Positions 24,762-28,015 of a stretch of 28,015 bases of DNA are shown piece after piece (position 1 is the first letter of the stretch; each line of letters begins with the position of its first letter). The translations under genes and the position numbers were made by a program. The notes below the pieces were generated by a model. The model made no database searches. It was not told where the DNA came from and worked only from the letters and a program-made list of their open reading frames with translations. This DNA comes from Candidatus Hydrogenedentota bacterium (GTDB lineage Bacteria; Hydrogenedentota; Hydrogenedentia; Hydrogenedentales; SLHB01): contig JAWXCN010000097.1 in NCBI GenBank assembly GCA_034408725.1, forward strand, positions 1-28,015. The letters are read 5' to 3'.

Positions 24762-26783
24762 ATGGAATCGTTTACCGAAAAAGCCATACTTGAGGGCCAT
24801 CTTCGGATCGATAAATCGGGTAAAGCGGATAGAGTTGTGTACGTCGCAGGCAATCGCACAGAACGATGGACAGACCCCGAGGAAAAAGTACGCGCCGAAT
24901 TTTACGCCGAACTGATCTACCGCTACGGATACGATCCCGAACGGATCGGCGTCGAAATCACGGTTCCCGATCGCACACCCAAGGATGCCGCGGATATCAT
25001 TGTCTTTCGCGATGCCGAGCGTAAACGGCCGTATGCTGTAATCGAGTGCAAGCGTGAAGGGATAAGCGATGCGGAATTCAACCAATCTGTAGAGCAAGCG
25101 TGGGGCAATGGTAACGCGCATAAGTTTCGAGCTGCATACGTTGGCGTAGTTGCCGGTGGAACGCGCCGATTTCTCGACTGCTCAGACAAATTCGGCGCAC
25201 TCGAACGCGACAAGAATCAGATCGCGGATTTGCCGTTGACCTATGGAAACCCACCCGAATACAAGTACCGCAAGGGCGTTAGTAACAACTGGCAAGATAT
25301 TAAGCCCGTTAACAAGGGAGAACTGATTGCCGCCATCAAAAAATGTCACCAAACGCTTTGGGGCGGGGGGCGCCTTTCGCCACCAGCCGCCTTTGGTGAA
25401 TTCTGCAAAATCATATTCGTAAAGGTCCGGGACGAAAAAGCGCCGCGAAAGAAAGGCGATCCCTATGAATTCCAGATCAAGACCGACGAGCCTTCCCCAG
25501 TCTTGGCCAAGCGCATCAAAGACATGTACGCGAAGGAAATGCAGAGCGAGCCCGACGTGTTTACCGAACCGATCAAGATCGACGATGGAACGCTCAAGAT
25601 GTGCGTCGCTCACCTTGAAGGAATCAATTTCAACAAAACCGATCTCGATACTAAGGGCGTAGCGTTCGAGCAGTTTCTCGATGGTTTCTTCAAGGGCGAC
25701 TTTGGCCAATACTTCACACCTCGCGAAATAATCCAGTTCTGTGTCGAGATGATGAAGCCGACCAAAGACGATTTCGTGCTCGATCCAGCATGCGGCTCTG
25801 GTGGATTTTTGCTCTACGCGATGGACTACCTCCGCCACGAAGCTGAGAATATGTTTGATGATGAAGAATCGGACGCTCGTTTTCGCCATTGGCACGATTT
25901 CGCAAAGGAAAAACTCTTCGGCCTCGAAATAAACGACGAGATAAGTCGCGTCGCCAAGATGAACATGATCCTCCACGACGACGGACATACCCACATCTAC
26001 GGAAACGACGCACTCGACCGATTATCACGGATTGGCGAGCGCAACCGCCGCTTTCAGACGGGTATGTTTGATTTGATTCTAACGAATCCTCCTTTCGGTG
26101 CTGTGATTAAAGAGACCGAGAAGGGTAGCGGATACATGGAAGGATGGGAACTCCTGCGGTACATCGGCAAAGGCGAACAGTCCGATGGCAGCGCCGGAGA
26201 AATGGTCAGTGACTTTAAGGCGGGTAAAAAGAGCATCAAGGCACGAAAGAGCATCAAAACTGAGATTCTATTCTGCGAGCGCGTCTGGCATTTCCTCAAG
26301 CCGGGCACGGGGCGAGCCGCCATCGTACTTCCCGACGGAATCCTGACCAACTCATCATTGCGGGGAGTGCGCGACTGGCTCTTGCTGCGATTCCAACTCT
26401 TGGCCGTGGTCAGCCTGCCGCAAGAAGCGTTTCAGCACGCGGGCGCGGGGGTCAAGGCGAGCGTCGTATTTTTCCGCAAGCGGGCCGAGGATGAGCAGCC
26501 CGACGACGATGAAGCGATCTTCATGGCCGCCCCGGCGAACATCGGCTACGACGCCACGGGCCGCAAGACCGCCCGCGTGAGCGTGAAGAGCGAGAACGGG
26601 CGCAAGAAGGTCGAGATTCACGCGACGGACCTGTTCGACGTCGAAGTGTTATTCGAGAAGGCGGCCAAAGCGGGCACGGGCGAGGAGGAATGGCAGGAGA
26701 AGACCCGCCGGGTGGTAGCGGGTACGGGCGTGCTGGGTCAGTACCGGGCCTTTGAGAAGACGCCCGAATCTTTTTTCGTCTAA
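24762..26783 (+). CDS. Fused restriction endonuclease (HsdR_N-like) and N6-adenine methyltransferase; type IIB/type I-like RM subunit
   Basis: PEEKVR..ADIIVF..VIECK nuclease; GQYFTPR, DPACGSGGFL (motif I), NPPF (motif IV), IVLPDGIL; GGGGG before ATG 24762. Confidence 0.93.
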   Translation: MESFTEKAILEGHLRIDKSGKADRVVYVAGNRTERWTDPEEKVRAEFYAELIYRYGYDPERIGVEITVPDRTPKDAADIIVFRDAERKRPYAVIECKREGISDAEFNQSVEQAWGNGNAHKFRAAYVGVVAGGTRRFLDCSDKFGALERDKNQIADLPLTYGNPPEYKYRKGVSNNWQDIKPVNKGELIAAIKKCHQTLWGGGRLSPPAAFGEFCKIIFVKVRDEKAPRKKGDPYEFQIKTDEPSPVLAKRIKDMYAKEMQSEPDVFTEPIKIDDGTLKMCVAHLEGINFNKTDLDTKGVAFEQFLDGFFKGDFGQYFTPREIIQFCVEMMKPTKDDFVLDPACGSGGFLLYAMDYLRHEAENMFDDEESDARFRHWHDFAKEKLFGLEINDEISRVAKMNMILHDDGHTHIYGNDALDRLSRIGERNRRFQTGMFDLILTNPPFGAVIKETEKGSGYMEGWELLRYIGKGEQSDGSAGEMVSDFKAGKKSIKARKSIKTEILFCERVWHFLKPGTGRAAIVLPDGILTNSSLRGVRDWLLLRFQLLAVVSLPQEAFQHAGAGVKASVVFFRKRAEDEQPDDDEAIFMAAPANIGYDATGRKTARVSVKSENGRKKVEIHATDLFDVEVLFEKAAKAGTGEEEWQEKTRRVVAGTGVLGQYRAFEKTPESFFV

Positions 26784-26812
26784 GCCCCGGCGAACGGGCC
26801 GCACGCTGCGGC
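26771..26812 (+). other. Candidate -1 programmed ribosomal frameshift signal
   Basis: T_TTT_TTC (26771-26777) in the RM frame, 6-nt spacer containing the TAA, then hairpins GCCC/GGGC (26784-26799) and GCCGCA/TGCGGC (26798-26812). Confidence 0.6.
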
Positions 26813-28015
26813 TCCTTTGCTGTTCGACGGGGCGACGTAAACAAACGCGCGAGCGTGGCATGGGGCCTGTTCTGCCTCGAATACCTTCCGCTCTTGCATG
26901 CGGTAAAGTCGCGAGGCCTTTCGGTTGTACCGTTGGGGGCACTTCTGCGCGAACCCTTAATGAACGGCGCATCCAAGAAGCCAGAGAATGCTGGACGCGG
27001 CACGCGGCTCGTAAACGTATTCGATTTGTACGCCGATACCGCAATCGATTTGAATCGCGTGGATCGACTTGAACTTCCTCCACAAGACGTAGAAAAATAC
27101 CGCGCAACTGCCGGAGATGTTTTCTTCACCCGCTCCTCTTTAAAGCCAGAGGGCGTCGCTTGGAGTGCCTACTTAGATGACGACGCCGAGGGCGACGCCG
27201 TATTCGAGTGCCACATCATTCGCGCTCGGGTCGATCGTGACCGAGCGATCCCCGGCTTCGTTTCCAACTACGCCCGAACGAGGATCGGCCGTGCCTATTT
27301 GATCGCACGAGCGGGCGTAACTACGATGGCGACGATCGACCAACAGGGAATCAGCGACCTTCCCGTTATTCTCCCCAAGCCTCCAAAGCAGCGGGAGTTG
27401 CTCGCCGCCCTCGACGCCGCCCGCGCGGCGCGGCGGCGGAAATTAGTAGAGGCCGAATCCCTCCTCGGTGGCCTCGACGCCTTCGTTCTCGAAGTACTGG
27501 GCCTCACCCTGCAACCGCCCGATGGCCACCGCACGACTTACGCGGTTCGCCTCGCCGACGTACGCGAAGGCAAGAAACTCTACCCGGACTACTTCCACCC
27601 CGAACGCTTGAACGCGATCCGCGCCATCGCCGCCGAGTTCGCCCGACTACTCATTGCCTCTCGCCAAGGTCGCAGACTTCCGCCGCGAACAGCGACAGGT
27701 CCAGCCTAACGATCCCTACCTCGGCCTCGCCAACGTCCAGCCCAATACCGGCGTCCGCATCCACAGCACCGAAGAGGACGGCGAGGGCACCGTGTTCGAG
27801 TACGCCGAGAACGATGTTCTCTTCGCCCGTCTCCGCCCGTACTTGAACAAGGTCTACCGGGCTGAGAGCGGCGGCGTCTGCTCCCCCGAGTTCCACGTCA
27901 TGCGCGTGCGCAACAGTAACGACGGCAAGCCGCTTGCGATCCCCGATTACCTCGCCGCCGTCCTCCGCTCCAGCGTCGTGATTGCCCAGACCCGCCACAT
28001 GATGACGGGTAACAC
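26780..28015 (+). CDS. hsdS: Restriction-modification specificity (S) subunit with two TRDs; interrupted by a frame change at about 27641; runs off the window
   Basis: TRD1 GDVFFTRS..FECHIIRAR..TI....I.DLP..LP....Q; spacer helix; TRD2 in the +1 frame YLGLANVQPNTG..NDVLFARLRPYLNKV..GVCSPEFHV. Confidence 0.85.

Noticed and set aside
25182-25994. 270-aa minus-strand ORF
   Set aside because: Antisense shadow of the RM gene.

Overview
A 28-kb bacterial window, GC-rich with lower-GC patches; the secreted SBBP, HEAT-repeat, sulfatase and Rhs proteins weakly suggest a Hydrogenedentota- or PVC-like organism. From left to right it contains: (i) a probable island remnant beyond the 3' end of tRNA-Asp(GTC), with small orphan genes (two look like tandem paralogs) and a stand-alone HsdR_N-type nuclease; (ii) leuS; (iii) three exported proteins (HEAT-repeat, SBBP propeller, GH20/GH67-like); (iv) a polymorphic-toxin-like locus: a 5'-truncated Rhs/YD protein with an apparently circularly permuted lectin-like insert, Asp-rich Ca-binding repeats and a DUF3238-like tip, then a HEAT-repeat candidate immunity gene and a decayed duplicate of the repeat region; (v) a sulfatase-family gene, a BaiN/YhiN flavoprotein and a membrane protein; (vi) a REP-rich zone with a broken brnTA pair and an ACT protein; (vii) a defence-like block with a 3-TM protein and a fused endonuclease-methylase followed by a two-TRD specificity subunit. 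The most striking signal is at the RM/S junction. A T_TTT_TTC heptamer followed by hairpins leads into a -1 frame whose conserved-looking S N-terminus has no start codon, suggesting programmed -1 frameshifting that makes both RM and RM-S chains. All family calls come from motif recognition by eye; no searches were run.
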